32,000 bases of DNA from an uncultured Clostridia bacterium (GTDB taxonomy: Bacteria; Bacillota; Clostridia; TANB77; CAG-508). The position numbers and the translations under genes are program-made. Every line of letters starts with the position of its first letter. The first letter of the stretch is position 1. The DNA lies in contig CALXAT010000004.1 in assembly GCA_944386365.1 (NCBI GenBank), positions 56,715-88,714 on the forward strand, written 5' to 3'. Below, in pieces: positions 16,584-25,707 of this stretch. The notes beneath the pieces were generated by a model. The model was not told the DNA's origin. It searched no databases and saw only the letters and a list, made by a program, of their open reading frames with translations.

Positions 16584-16617
16584 AAAAAGAACTAAATGTA
16601 AATTTAGTTCTTTATAT

Positions 16618-16692
16618 GGCCCCGTGGTCAAGCGGTTAAGACATCGCCCTTTCACGGCGGAGACATGGGTTCGATTCCCGTCGGGGTCACCA
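16618..16692 (+). tRNA. tRNA-Glu (anticodon UUC), CCA encoded
   Basis: The acceptor is ggccccg/cggggtc. The anticodon stem-loop is tcgcc-cTTTCac-ggcgg. The T-loop is ggttcgattcc. Confidence 0.9.
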
Positions 16693-16698
16693 AATTTT

Positions 16699-16775
16699 GC
16701 CACTTTAGCTCAGCTGGCCAGAGCATCGCACTTGTAATGCGAGGGTCCCCAGTTCGAATCTGGGAAGTGGCTCCA
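16699..16775 (+). tRNA. tRNA-Thr (anticodon UGU), CCA encoded
   Basis: The acceptor is gccactt/aagtggc. The anticodon stem-loop is tcgca-cTTGTaa-tgcga. The T-loop is agttcgaatct. Confidence 0.9.
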
Positions 16776-16936
16776 TTAAAGGTCATTCGTTTTGAGGGAA
16801 GCTCTTGATGATTGGCTTTTTTTTTGTATCTAAAAATAAAAAAATAATAGTCTATATTTTTTAATCTTTTTGTGATAATGTATAAAGTATAAAATATAAA
16901 ATTCAAAATTAAATAAAATGAAAGGAAAATATTAAG

Positions 16937-18622
16937 ATGAAAAATAAATTAAATCCATATAAACACATCTTAATTATTTTTATAGTAGCATTCATTACAT
17001 CAATTCCACTATTTTGGAAAGATTTAAATATCTATTATGATGATGGAATCCAACATATTGCTAGAGCATATGCTACCTATCTATCCATTATAAATGGTGA
17101 ACATACAGAGGTTTTATCTAGTTTAGCCAATGGATTTGGATATAGTTGGGATTTATTTTATGGGCCATTATCCACTATTTTGATTCTAATTGGAAAAAGT
17201 ATAACAACTACTTTTGTTGGAGGATATAAATTAACACTGTTCATAGGACTTTTCTTTTCTCGGTATAACGATGTATTGGTTTGTAAGCCAATTGACTAAA
17301 AGTAAGAAGATTGGAACGCTTGCAGCTATTTTGTATATGTTAATGCCATATCATTTAAATGATATGTATATAAGAAATGCTTTGGGAGAATTTTTAAGTT
17401 ATATATTTATTCCACTTGTATTTCTAGGAATTTGTAAGATATTTCAAAAGGAAAAAGGGGATTGGGTTTTATGTTTAGGAGCTGTTCGGATTAATCCTTA
17501 CCCATAATTTGATGACTTTTGTTACAGCAATTATGGCATTTATATATGTATGTATAAATATATTGAAACTAAAAGATAAGGAAATTTTAAAAAGATTAGG
17601 AATAAATATTGCATGTATTCTTTGTATTACAGCTTTCTTTTGGATTCCTATGCTTGAAACATATTCTTTCGCAGAATACGATGTATATCAAAAAGATGCA
17701 ATGGCAACAAAAGAATCTTTCTATGAAAGTGGGTTAGATGTAAAAGCATTAGTATTTACAGAAAGTAATGCAACATATGTATTTGAAATAGGAATACCAA
17801 TTTTAATTATGTTCTTTTTATCTATCTTTTCGATAAAAAAAGTAATAAAAAGTAAATATAAAAAAGAATATATTATGTTTTTAGTTTTAGGAGTATTGTG
17901 TGCAGTTATAACCATAAAGCAATTTCCATGGGGACCATTCGAAAAAATATTTCAAATTCTTCAATTTAAATGGAGAATGTTGTTACTTTCTAACTTTTTT
18001 TTAGCAATTGTATGTGGTATTAATGTAGGTGTATTAATAAAGAATTTTAATCTGAAAGATGTTTTAGTGATTTCTGTTATTTCACTTTTATATATTATGA
18101 TTTTAGTACCATATATACCAAAAAATGAAACGATTGAAGAAATTGATAAATATACAATTGGAGAAGTGACAAAGAACAAACGAGAAGTTATTACGGGAAT
18201 GGGAAGAGGAGAATATTTGCCTGTAAATACGAACAATCATAGAGACTATATTACAACAAGAGAAAATACAATATATATCCTAAAAGGTATGCGGGAGTGC
18301 TAAAGATATAACTAAAAATGGTGAAAAGTTGACTTGTCAAATAACTGTATTAGAAAATGAAACTATTTTTGAATTTCCATATATATACTATCCTGGATAT
18401 AAAGTAACAATGAATGGAGAAGAAATACAAAATTTTGAAAGTGAAAATGGATTTTTAGCCATATCTTTACCAGAAATTTCAAATGCACAAATTTGTATAG
18501 AATATGTAGGGACAAAAGCAATGTTTATTGCAAAGATAATTTCTGTGATAGGTGTTATATTCATGATCATGTATTTGCTATTTACAAAAGAGAATGATAA
18601 AATGAAAATAGATAAAAAATAG
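16937..18622 (+). pseudogene. GT-C-fold polytopic membrane glycosyltransferase-like gene (YfhO / PTPS-related membrane protein type) disrupted by three +1 frame changes
   Basis: Four consecutive ORFs (16937-17299, 17271-17507, 17509-18303, 18329-18622) read as one continuous membrane protein if the frame is corrected near ~17265, ~17485 and ~18290. An N-terminal YYDDGIQHIARA loop motif is followed by many TM helices. Confidence 0.7.
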
Positions 18623-18636
18623 AAAGAGGTAGAAAT

Positions 18637-19368
18637 ATGGAAAGAGTTGCAATCGTAACAGGTGGATCAAGAGGAATTGGAAGAGCAATCGTAGAGAGGC
18701 TAGCGCAAAAAGGAATAAAAGTAATTGCCAATTATAATAAATCACAAGAAAAAGCAATAGAATTAAAAGAAAAATTAGAAAAAGAAAATATAATAATTGA
18801 CATATTTCAAGCAGATGTATCTAAAAGAGCGGAAGTAAAAAAAATGATTGACTATGTAATTAAAAAATATGGTAAAATTGACATACTAATTAATAATGCA
18901 GGTATTAATCAAGAAAAAATGTTTCAAGACATTACAGATGAAGATTGGGATAATGTCATGAAAGTTAATTTATATTCTGTTTTTTGTACAACACAAGAAA
19001 CAATAAAATATATGTTGAAACAAAAAGAAGGATGCATTATAAATATTTCATCCATTTATGGTATCAATGGAGGTTCTTGTGCAGTAGCATATTCTGCTAC
19101 AAAAGCCGGAATTGATGGAATAACAAAAGCATTGGCTAAAGAAGTAGGACCATCCAATATAAGAGTAAATTCAATAGCACCAGGATGTATGAATACAGAT
19201 ATGAATGCTTATCTAACAAAAGAAGAATGGGAAGAAATAAAAAAAGAAACACCTCTTGAAAAAATAGGAGAGGGAATTGATATTGCAAAGTGTGTAGAGT
19301 GGTTAATAGAAGATAACTTTACAACAGGTCAAGTAATCTCGATAAATGGAGGATTTGTTATTACATAA
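18637..19368 (+). CDS. Short-chain dehydrogenase/reductase, FabG-like 3-oxoacyl reductase
   Basis: Motifs are TGGSRGIGRA (NAD(P) binding), NNAG and S...YSATKAG (the catalytic YxxxK). Length is 243 aa. Confidence 0.85.
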   Translation: MERVAIVTGGSRGIGRAIVERLAQKGIKVIANYNKSQEKAIELKEKLEKENIIIDIFQADVSKRAEVKKMIDYVIKKYGKIDILINNAGINQEKMFQDITDEDWDNVMKVNLYSVFCTTQETIKYMLKQKEGCIINISSIYGINGGSCAVAYSATKAGIDGITKALAKEVGPSNIRVNSIAPGCMNTDMNAYLTKEEWEEIKKETPLEKIGEGIDIAKCVEWLIEDNFTTGQVISINGGFVIT

Positions 19369-19373
19369 AAAGA

Positions 19374-19398
19374 AAGAGTACATTTTGTACTCTTTTTT
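19374..19398. terminator. Bidirectional terminator between the SDR gene and the convergent CBM-like gene
   Basis: Hairpin aagagtac-atttt-gtactctt, followed by a T run and preceded by an A run. Confidence 0.7.
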
Positions 19399-19403
19399 AT
19401 ATA

Positions 19404-19880
19404 TTATTCTTCATTATTATTTGTTACTTTTTTCTTGTAATTTCCAGAAATGATTTTTGGAAGATATGTAATAAGTTTATAAACGGCTAAACGAATTTTT
19501 TTACTCCATAAGTGAACTTTTCTTAATTTTCTAGCAGAACCCAATGAAACAGGTTCATCTTCTAAAACTAATAATTCTGTTGGAAGTTTTTCTAATTTGA
19601 ATATATAATTTTGACCATTGTTGTTATCCCAATTGTTATTTTCATCTTTAAAACAGAAATTAAATGTATCACCTTCACCTAAAGTTATTTCAGCTTGGAA
19701 TCCTAAATCTGTTTTTTCCATAGCTACATCATTTATATTATCCCAATTATTTCCAAAACCATAATGAATAGATACTTCATTAGAAGCATCTTGAAACAAT
19801 TTTCCTGTATATGAAATTTTAACTTTTGTATTTTCAACTAATTTATCAGTATTAAAAAATATATTCTTTGTTAATTCCAT
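19404..19880 (-). CDS. CBM25/CBM53-like starch/glycogen-binding domain protein with a basic C-terminal tail, no signal peptide
   Basis: The pattern VSIHYGFGNNWDNINDVAM...FNFCFKDENNNWDNNNGQNYIF matches the W..(x)..WDNN.G.NY signature of CBM25/53 modules. The start is taken as the ATG at 19880 (AAGGAGAG 9 nt upstream) rather than the track's 19946. Confidence 0.55.
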   Translation of the reverse strand: MELTKNIFFNTDKLVENTKVKISYTGKLFQDASNEVSIHYGFGNNWDNINDVAMEKTDLGFQAEITLGEGDTFNFCFKDENNNWDNNNGQNYIFKLEKLPTELLVLEDEPVSLGSARKLRKVHLWSKKIRLAVYKLITYLPKIISGNYKKKVTNNNEE

Positions 19881-20084
19881 TTTTTTAATCTCTCCTTGTT
19901 TATCTTTTGCTAGCAACATTATAATATTAAATCTTACATTGTTCAAGTATTTTTTCTAAAAATAAACAAAATATCAAAAATGTAATCAATTTGTAACTAT
20001 TTTGTAACAAATCTATGAATTTGGAAAAGCTAGTTTGAATAAGATATATAGGGAAAATATAAGGAGGAAAAGTAGTAATCTATA

Positions 20085-20113
20085 TTGTCAAAAAAGTGAG
20101 AATATGATAATAT
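20085..20113 (+). promoter_or_regulatory. Promoter candidate for the VanW-family gene
   Basis: TTGTCA (20085-20090), a 17-nt spacer ending in TGA, then TAATAT (20108-20113), which resembles an extended -10. Confidence 0.35.
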
Positions 20114-20144
20114 TTAAGTAGAATATAAAAAGGGGAAAGATATT

Positions 20145-22121
20145 ATGAAAGAAGATTTAATGGAGGACATAGAGATGGATCCAAAAGAAGAAAAAAAAGA
20201 AGAAACCGTAGAAACCGTAGAAAATATACAAGAGGAAAAAAAAGATAAATTACACGAAAAAGAAAATGTAACAAGAGAAGAAAAAAAGAAAGAAAATAAA
20301 ACAGAAAAAGAAGATAATGAAAATCCAGAAGAAAAAGGTAAATCTAAAAAAGAAAAAAGAAATAAAAAACTATCTAAAGAAAAGAAAGAGAAACCTAATA
20401 AAAATAAAAAGTTAAAAAACGGAGAGACAAAACCTAAAAAAAATACATTAAAGAAAATAATTATTTCTATCATTATTGTTGCAATTGTAGCATTGATATT
20501 TTCAACAGTTTTTGCATTAACCAATATTAATAATGAAAAAATTATAAGTGGTGTAACAATAAAGGGAATTGATGTTTCAGGATTAACAAAAGAAGAGGCG
20601 AGTGCAAAATTAGAAACAACCTATTCAGAAAAATTAGAACAAAATATTGAATTAAAATATGAAGATTTTGAATCAGAGTTAAACCCTACACTTATGGAAG
20701 TAAAATATGATATAGATACAGCTGTTAATGAAGCATATACATTAGGAAGAAATGGAAATATATTTGTTAATAATTATAATATTTTAGGTACATTAATAGG
20801 AAAAAGAGATATAGATGTAAATATGTCAATGAATGAAGAAACAACAAAGCAAACAATTAATGATATTGGAACAAATTTACCAGGATTATTAATAGAACCT
20901 AGTTATAGTATAGAAGATGATAAATTAATCATAACGAGAGGAAAAGAAGGAATTGTCGTAAACACAGATGCATTATTATCAGAAGTAAAAAATATATTAA
21001 ATACAATTGATTTAAATGACAATGTTATAGAAATTCCTGTAGAAACGAAAACACCTGAAGATATAGATATAGACAAAATACATAGTGAGATATATAAAGA
21101 AGCACAAGATGCTTATTATACAAAAGATCCATTTACAGTATATCCAGAAGTGGAAGGTGTGGATTTTGATGTAGAAAAAGCAAAAGAAATGATTGCAGCA
21201 GAAGAAAAAGATGAATATATAATTGATTTAGTTATAACAAAACCAAATGTAACAATAGACCAAATAGGCACAGAAGCATTTCCAGATCAATTATCAACTT
21301 TTACTACTAGATATGATGCTAGTGACAAAGATAGAACAACAAATTTAGTTTTAGCATGTCAAAAACTAAATGGAAAAGTGATAAAACCAGGAGAAACATT
21401 TTCATATAATGCAACTTTAGGACCAAGAACGTATGCAGCAGGTTATAGAAATGCAAAAGTATATGAAAGTGGTCAAGTGGTAGATGGAATTGGAGGCGGA
21501 ATCTGCCAAATTTCCTCAACATTATATAATGCGGCTTTAATGTCTGATATGGAAATTGTAGAAAGAAGAAATCATCAATTTGTTACCTCTTATGTAGGAG
21601 CAGGAAGAGATGCAACAGTTGTTTATGGTTCAACAGATTTTAAATTTAAAAACACAAGAACCTATCCGATAAGAATTGTAGCTTCTGCAAAAAGTGGAAT
21701 TGCAACAATTTCTATATTTGGAATAAAAGAAGCAGATAGAGAATATACCTATTCATTTAGTACAAAAACAATATCCACAATACCGTATACAACAAAATAT
21801 GTAGAAGATTCAAGTTTGGCTCCAGGAAAAGAAGTTGTGAAACAAAAAGGTGCAAACGGACTTGTAACAGAAACATATATGACGAAAAGATTAAATGGAA
21901 AAGTGGTTTCAACAAAATTGCTTTCAAAAGATACCTATAGTGCAATGCAAAAAATTATAAATAGAGGAAAAGCAACTACATCTAATACAAACCAAACATC
22001 TTCTAATAATACAACTACTACCACAACTACTACAACGAAAACCGAAAAAGAAGAAACTACAACTTCAAAAGAAACAGAGCAAACACAAAATGAGGAACAG
22101 CAAACGGAAACAACTGAATAA
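20145..22121 (+). CDS. VanW-family protein with G5 domain (YoaR-like), membrane anchored
   Basis: The VanW core is GETFSYNATLGPRT...GGGICQISSTLYNAAL...ERRNHQF. The G5-like block is SSLAPGKEVVKQKGANGLVTETY. A single TM helix (IIISIIIVAIVALIFSTVFAL) follows a ~100-aa K/E-rich N-terminus, and the C-terminus is T/E/Q-rich. Confidence 0.85.
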   Translation: MKEDLMEDIEMDPKEEKKEETVETVENIQEEKKDKLHEKENVTREEKKKENKTEKEDNENPEEKGKSKKEKRNKKLSKEKKEKPNKNKKLKNGETKPKKNTLKKIIISIIIVAIVALIFSTVFALTNINNEKIISGVTIKGIDVSGLTKEEASAKLETTYSEKLEQNIELKYEDFESELNPTLMEVKYDIDTAVNEAYTLGRNGNIFVNNYNILGTLIGKRDIDVNMSMNEETTKQTINDIGTNLPGLLIEPSYSIEDDKLIITRGKEGIVVNTDALLSEVKNILNTIDLNDNVIEIPVETKTPEDIDIDKIHSEIYKEAQDAYYTKDPFTVYPEVEGVDFDVEKAKEMIAAEEKDEYIIDLVITKPNVTIDQIGTEAFPDQLSTFTTRYDASDKDRTTNLVLACQKLNGKVIKPGETFSYNATLGPRTYAAGYRNAKVYESGQVVDGIGGGICQISSTLYNAALMSDMEIVERRNHQFVTSYVGAGRDATVVYGSTDFKFKNTRTYPIRIVASAKSGIATISIFGIKEADREYTYSFSTKTISTIPYTTKYVEDSSLAPGKEVVKQKGANGLVTETYMTKRLNGKVVSTKLLSKDTYSAMQKIINRGKATTSNTNQTSSNNTTTTTTTTTKTEKEETTTSKETEQTQNEEQQTETTE

Positions 22122-22152
22122 ATAAAAGTTTAAATAAAATAGAATAACTTTA

Positions 22153-22179
22153 AAATCCATCTCTTAGAGATGGATTTTT
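22153..22179 (+). terminator. Rho-independent terminator of the VanW-family gene
   Basis: Hairpin aaatccatctc-tta-gagatggattt, followed by TT. Confidence 0.75.
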
Positions 22180-22183
22180 AGTA

Positions 22184-22211
22184 TTGACAAAAGCAAAAAA
22201 TGTAGTATAAT
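22184..22211 (+). promoter_or_regulatory. Promoter candidate for tRNA-Lys(CUU)
   Basis: TTGACA (22184-22189), a 16-nt spacer, then TATAAT (22206-22211), 22 nt upstream of the tRNA. Confidence 0.55.
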
Positions 22212-22233
22212 AATAAATGTCCAATATAAAAAT

Positions 22234-22309
22234 GCGCCATTAGCTCAGTTGGTAGAGCAGCAGACTCTTAATCTGATGGTCGGAGGTTCGATCCCTCTAT
22301 GGCGCACCA
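22234..22309 (+). tRNA. tRNA-Lys (anticodon CUU), CCA encoded
   Basis: The acceptor is gcgccat/atggcgc. The anticodon loop is cTCTTaa. The T-arm is ggagg-ttcgatc-cctct. Confidence 0.9.
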
Positions 22310-22393
22310 TTACAGTATAAAAGAATCTAATGATTTGGACATTAGATTTATTTTTTTGTTTTTAAATATAAATTATGTAAATTTTTAAAAGGG

Positions 22394-23353
22394 GTGAGGG
22401 ATTTGCTAAAAATATATAATACAGATATGGAAACAAACAAATTAGAGGAAATTAAAGAATTTAAAAAAGGAAGCTGGATTAATTTAGTTAATCCCTCCGA
22501 AAATGAAATAAAAAAAGTATGTGAGAGTATAAATATTCAAGAAGATTTTATAAGAGATGCATTAGATTATGAAGAAAAAGCAAGAATTGATACAGAAGAG
22601 GATGATAATACCATTCTATTTGTAGTAGATGTTCCAGTAATAGAGAAAAATGAAGATAATGATATTTATTCTACAATGCCATTGGGAATGATTGTCGTAA
22701 GAGATGATTTTTTTATAACAGTATCTTTAAGAAAAAATAAAGTAATAGAAGATTTTGAGAAAAGAAAAATAAAGAATTTTCAAACATACAAAAAAACAAG
22801 ATTTATTTTTCAAATTTTTTACTTAAATTCATCATATTTCTTAAATTACTTAAAACAAATTAATAAAGAAACAGAAATTGCAGAATATATCTTAAAAAAT
22901 TCTATGAAAAATAAAGAATTATTAAAATTATTAAGCTTAGAAAAAGGTTTGGTGTATTTTGCAACTTCATTAAAATCAAATGAAATTGTCATGGAAAAAA
23001 CAATGAGAGGAAAAATTGTAAAATTATATGATGATGATGAAGATATACTAGAAGATGCTATTATTGAAAATAGACAGGCGATAGAAATGGCTCAAATTTA
23101 TACAAATATTTTAAATGGAACCATGGATGCGTATGCTTCTATCATATCTAATAATTTAAATGGCGTTATGAAATTTTTAACTTCTATTACGATTGTATTA
23201 GCTATACCAACCATGATATCTAGTTTTTGGGGAATGAATGTAAAATTACCATTTGAGAATAGTAATATAGGGTTTATTATTATGATAGCCATATCGGTTA
23301 TATTAACATTAATCGTAACATGGTGGTTAAAAAGAAAAGATATGCTGAATTAA
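22394..23353 (+). CDS. corA: CorA-family magnesium/cobalt transporter
   Basis: A C-terminal GMN motif (FWGMNVKLPF) lies between two TM helices. The track start is GTG at 22394. TTG at 22403, with GGGGTGAGG upstream, is an equally plausible start. Confidence 0.85.
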   Translation: MRDLLKIYNTDMETNKLEEIKEFKKGSWINLVNPSENEIKKVCESINIQEDFIRDALDYEEKARIDTEEDDNTILFVVDVPVIEKNEDNDIYSTMPLGMIVVRDDFFITVSLRKNKVIEDFEKRKIKNFQTYKKTRFIFQIFYLNSSYFLNYLKQINKETEIAEYILKNSMKNKELLKLLSLEKGLVYFATSLKSNEIVMEKTMRGKIVKLYDDDEDILEDAIIENRQAIEMAQIYTNILNGTMDAYASIISNNLNGVMKFLTSITIVLAIPTMISSFWGMNVKLPFENSNIGFIIMIAISVILTLIVTWWLKRKDMLN

Positions 23354-23355
23354 AA

Positions 23356-23382
23356 AAATGTCCTAATTTTAGGGCATTTTTA
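23356..23382. terminator. Bidirectional terminator between corA and the convergent CapA-family gene
   Basis: Hairpin aaatgtcct / agggcattt (one G-U pair), flanked by A and T runs. Confidence 0.6.
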
Positions 23383-23411
23383 ATTTTATATATTGCTAAT
23401 ATAAGCACAAA

Positions 23412-24698
23412 TTAATTCGCATTTAAAATTTTAGAAATCGTATTTAATTCTTTTTGCAAAGTTGTATACATAGATTCTCCAATTGAGGTATCTATACTTT
23501 GTTCATACAAAGAAATTACTTTTTTAATATCTAATAATTTCATTTTTTTAGTAGTAGCTGAAGAATTCTTATACATATATATCGGTATATAATCAACGGC
23601 ATCGATTGTAATAGTATTATCCGTATGTTTTGTAATTTGTAAATTTAGAATAATAGAAGATCGAGTATTAGCAGCATTTTGATCACTAATAAAATTTCCT
23701 AAAGAATATATAATAAATCCATCTTGCGTAGATCCATCTTCTAATGTAACGGTTCTTTTTTCCATCTTTTGTAAAACATGAGGATGGGTACCTAAAATAA
23801 TATTAACACCATTTTGAAAAAGAAAATCTGCTAACTCATTTTGAGAATCATTAGGAATAGTGCTATATTCTGTTCCCCAATGAAGGGAGGCAACGATTAT
23901 ATCTGCATTTTGAGATTTTGCAGATTCTATATCACTTTTTATTACATCTTTATCAATTAAATTAATACAAAATGTTTTATCTCCTGGAATTTTGATTCCA
24001 TTTGTTCCATAAGCATAATTTAAAAAAGCTATTTTTATACCTTTTACATATTTAAATAAAATAGTATTTCTTTCTTCTTGGGTTTTGTAGGTTCCTACAT
24101 GAGAAATGTCTGCAGAGTTTAAAATGTCAATCGTTCTTGATAATCCATCAAATCCATAATCTAAGCTATGATTTCCTGCAGTAGAAATAACATCAACACC
24201 CAGTTTTTTTAGATTATAGGCTAGCGTATCAGGCGTATTAAATCTTGGATAATTACTATATCCTTTATCTTTGCCTGCAAAAGTAGTTTCTAAATTGGCA
24301 ATCGTAATATTAGAATTTTTTATATAATATGCAATATCATCAAATACATAAGAAAAATCATATTCACCAGTATCTGAATTATAGGCATCAATATATTGTG
24401 TATTATGGCACATAATATCTCCAATAGCAGTTAGATTAAAAGTAGTGTCTGTATCAGTGTTTTCTAAAGTGCTTGAATTTTCAGAAGTTGTTGTATTCTC
24501 AACAGAATTTAAAGAAGCAAGATATTGCTCAGTAATAGAATGATACGTATACCAATTATGGAATATATTAAAAATCATGACAATCAAAAATAAAATTAAC
24601 AATATTAAGACGATTTTTAATAAAGTTTTTGGTATTTTTTTAGTATCATCATGCATATGATGATTTAATTTTCTAATATTTCTTCTATTTTTTCCCAA
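23412..24698 (-). CDS. capA: CapA-family (PGA_cap) membrane-anchored metallophosphoesterase-like protein
   Basis: Motifs are AIGDIMCH, ANLETT, GNHSLDYG, LHWGTEY and GTHPHVLQ. An N-terminal TM anchor is present. The TTG start has AGGAGG 8 nt upstream. Confidence 0.8.
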   Translation of the reverse strand: MGKNRRNIRKLNHHMHDDTKKIPKTLLKIVLILLILFLIVMIFNIFHNWYTYHSITEQYLASLNSVENTTTSENSSTLENTDTDTTFNLTAIGDIMCHNTQYIDAYNSDTGEYDFSYVFDDIAYYIKNSNITIANLETTFAGKDKGYSNYPRFNTPDTLAYNLKKLGVDVISTAGNHSLDYGFDGLSRTIDILNSADISHVGTYKTQEERNTILFKYVKGIKIAFLNYAYGTNGIKIPGDKTFCINLIDKDVIKSDIESAKSQNADIIVASLHWGTEYSTIPNDSQNELADFLFQNGVNIILGTHPHVLQKMEKRTVTLEDGSTQDGFIIYSLGNFISDQNAANTRSSIILNLQITKHTDNTITIDAVDYIPIYMYKNSSATTKKMKLLDIKKVISLYEQSIDTSIGESMYTTLQKELNTISKILNAN

Positions 24699-24820
24699 AT
24701 ATTTATCCTCCTAATATGTTTTACTACAAATTATCATAAAAAATGAAAAAATTCAATAATTGTATAAATAAAAGAAGAAAAGGTTAAAATAATATAAAAT
24801 AATGAAAAGGAGGAAGTTAA

Positions 24821-25009
24821 ATGAAAATAATAGATAAAATTGCATTAGTCTTAATTATAATTGGTGCTATCAATTGGGGATTAATTGCATTATTTGAATT
24901 AGATTTAGTAGCCTTATTATTTGGAGAAATGTCAGTATTGTCAAGAATTGTATATGGACTAGTTGGTTTGTCTGGATTATGGGGTATTAAATTATTATTT
25001 GATGATTAA
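24821..25009 (+). CDS. DUF378 small membrane protein
   Basis: 62 aa and two TM helices, with the characteristic IGAINWGLIALF motif. A strong RBS, AGGAGG, is present. Confidence 0.8.
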   Translation: MKIIDKIALVLIIIGAINWGLIALFELDLVALLFGEMSVLSRIVYGLVGLSGLWGIKLLFDD

Positions 25010-25016
25010 CCATAAT

Positions 25017-25045
25017 TTGTTATTATGTTAAATTTATGGTATAAT
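25017..25045 (+). promoter_or_regulatory. Near-consensus extended -10 promoter for the lipoprotein gene
   Basis: TTGTTA (25017-25022), a 17-nt spacer ending in TGG, then TATAAT (25040-25045). Confidence 0.5.
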
Positions 25046-25093
25046 ATAAGTGTATTATCATGTATAGAATAAAGAGAAAAGGAGGATAATAAC

Positions 25094-25549
25094 ATGATGA
25101 AACGGAGCATATTACTTATAATGATACTTCTAATTGGAGTATTTGGCATGACAGGATGTGGTAGCTCTAAAAAGGAGTTGAAAGCAGAATTAAAGGAAGT
25201 TCAGCAAGAAAAGCGAGATATTCAAAACCAGCTAGATGATGCCAATGATCAGTGTCAACAGCTCGAAGTTGAAAATGCTCAGTTAAAGCAATCAACTGGA
25301 GACAGTGCAGACCAATATTTGTCAGCAAAATTTTATCAGGATGGAAACTTCTATCGGGTGTCAGATCCTGAGTTTGAGTTCTATTCTGACAGAAATTGTG
25401 AAAACAGTATTGGGAGTGATATCCGGATAATTTCACCTGTTGTTGACGAAACAACGCTGAAGAACGGATTGACGGTCTGTACAGTCTTATCTGAGCAGGG
25501 ATATATCTACTCGGTATCTTGGCCGGATTTGGTCATTGCAAACGATTAA
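25094..25549 (+). CDS. Lipoprotein with coiled-coil segment (151 aa)
   Basis: The signal peptide plus lipobox is LIGVFGMTG-C. A heptad-like stretch, ELKAELKEVQQEKRDIQNQLDDANDQCQQLEVENAQLKQ, follows. GC is clearly above its neighbours (a hand-counted line gave ~40%). Confidence 0.75.
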   Translation: MMKRSILLIMILLIGVFGMTGCGSSKKELKAELKEVQQEKRDIQNQLDDANDQCQQLEVENAQLKQSTGDSADQYLSAKFYQDGNFYRVSDPEFEFYSDRNCENSIGSDIRIISPVVDETTLKNGLTVCTVLSEQGYIYSVSWPDLVIAND

Positions 25550-25584
25550 AACTTTTAGGAACAACAATTTTCTCAAGGAATGGG

Positions 25585-25608
25585 GGAGTTCGTAATGAAC
25601 TCCTTTTT
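25585..25608 (+). terminator. Rho-independent terminator of the lipoprotein gene
   Basis: Hairpin ggagttc-gtaat-gaactcc, followed by TTTTT. Confidence 0.75.
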
Positions 25609-25707
25609 CCGTATGTGAAATTCTTGAAAAATATATAAAAATAGTATATAATACCAAAGATAAAATAAGAAAAGTTAAAAGTCTTAAAGAAAGGAATGAA
25701 GGAATAC

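Noticed and set aside
16776-16825. A possible terminator after tRNA-Thr (T run at ~16811-16821).
   Set aside because: I could not find a convincing stem preceding the T run, only 4-5 bp of imperfect pairing. It is therefore not annotated.
16175-16906. Minus-strand ORFs 16175-16420 and 16652-16906.
   Set aside because: The first is antisense to the well-supported DUF1858 gene. The second runs through tRNA-Glu and tRNA-Thr and is simply their reverse-complement read-through.
17721-18570. Minus-strand ORFs 17721-17915, 17961-18236 and 18388-18570.
   Set aside because: They are antisense to the frameshifted membrane-protein gene. Their hydrophobic translations are typical of antisense reading of AT-rich membrane genes.
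20114-21945. Minus-strand ORFs 20114-20524, 21319-21522 and 21757-21945.
   Set aside because: They are antisense to the VanW-family gene. The first mirrors its K/E-rich low-complexity region as an F/S/L-rich artefact.
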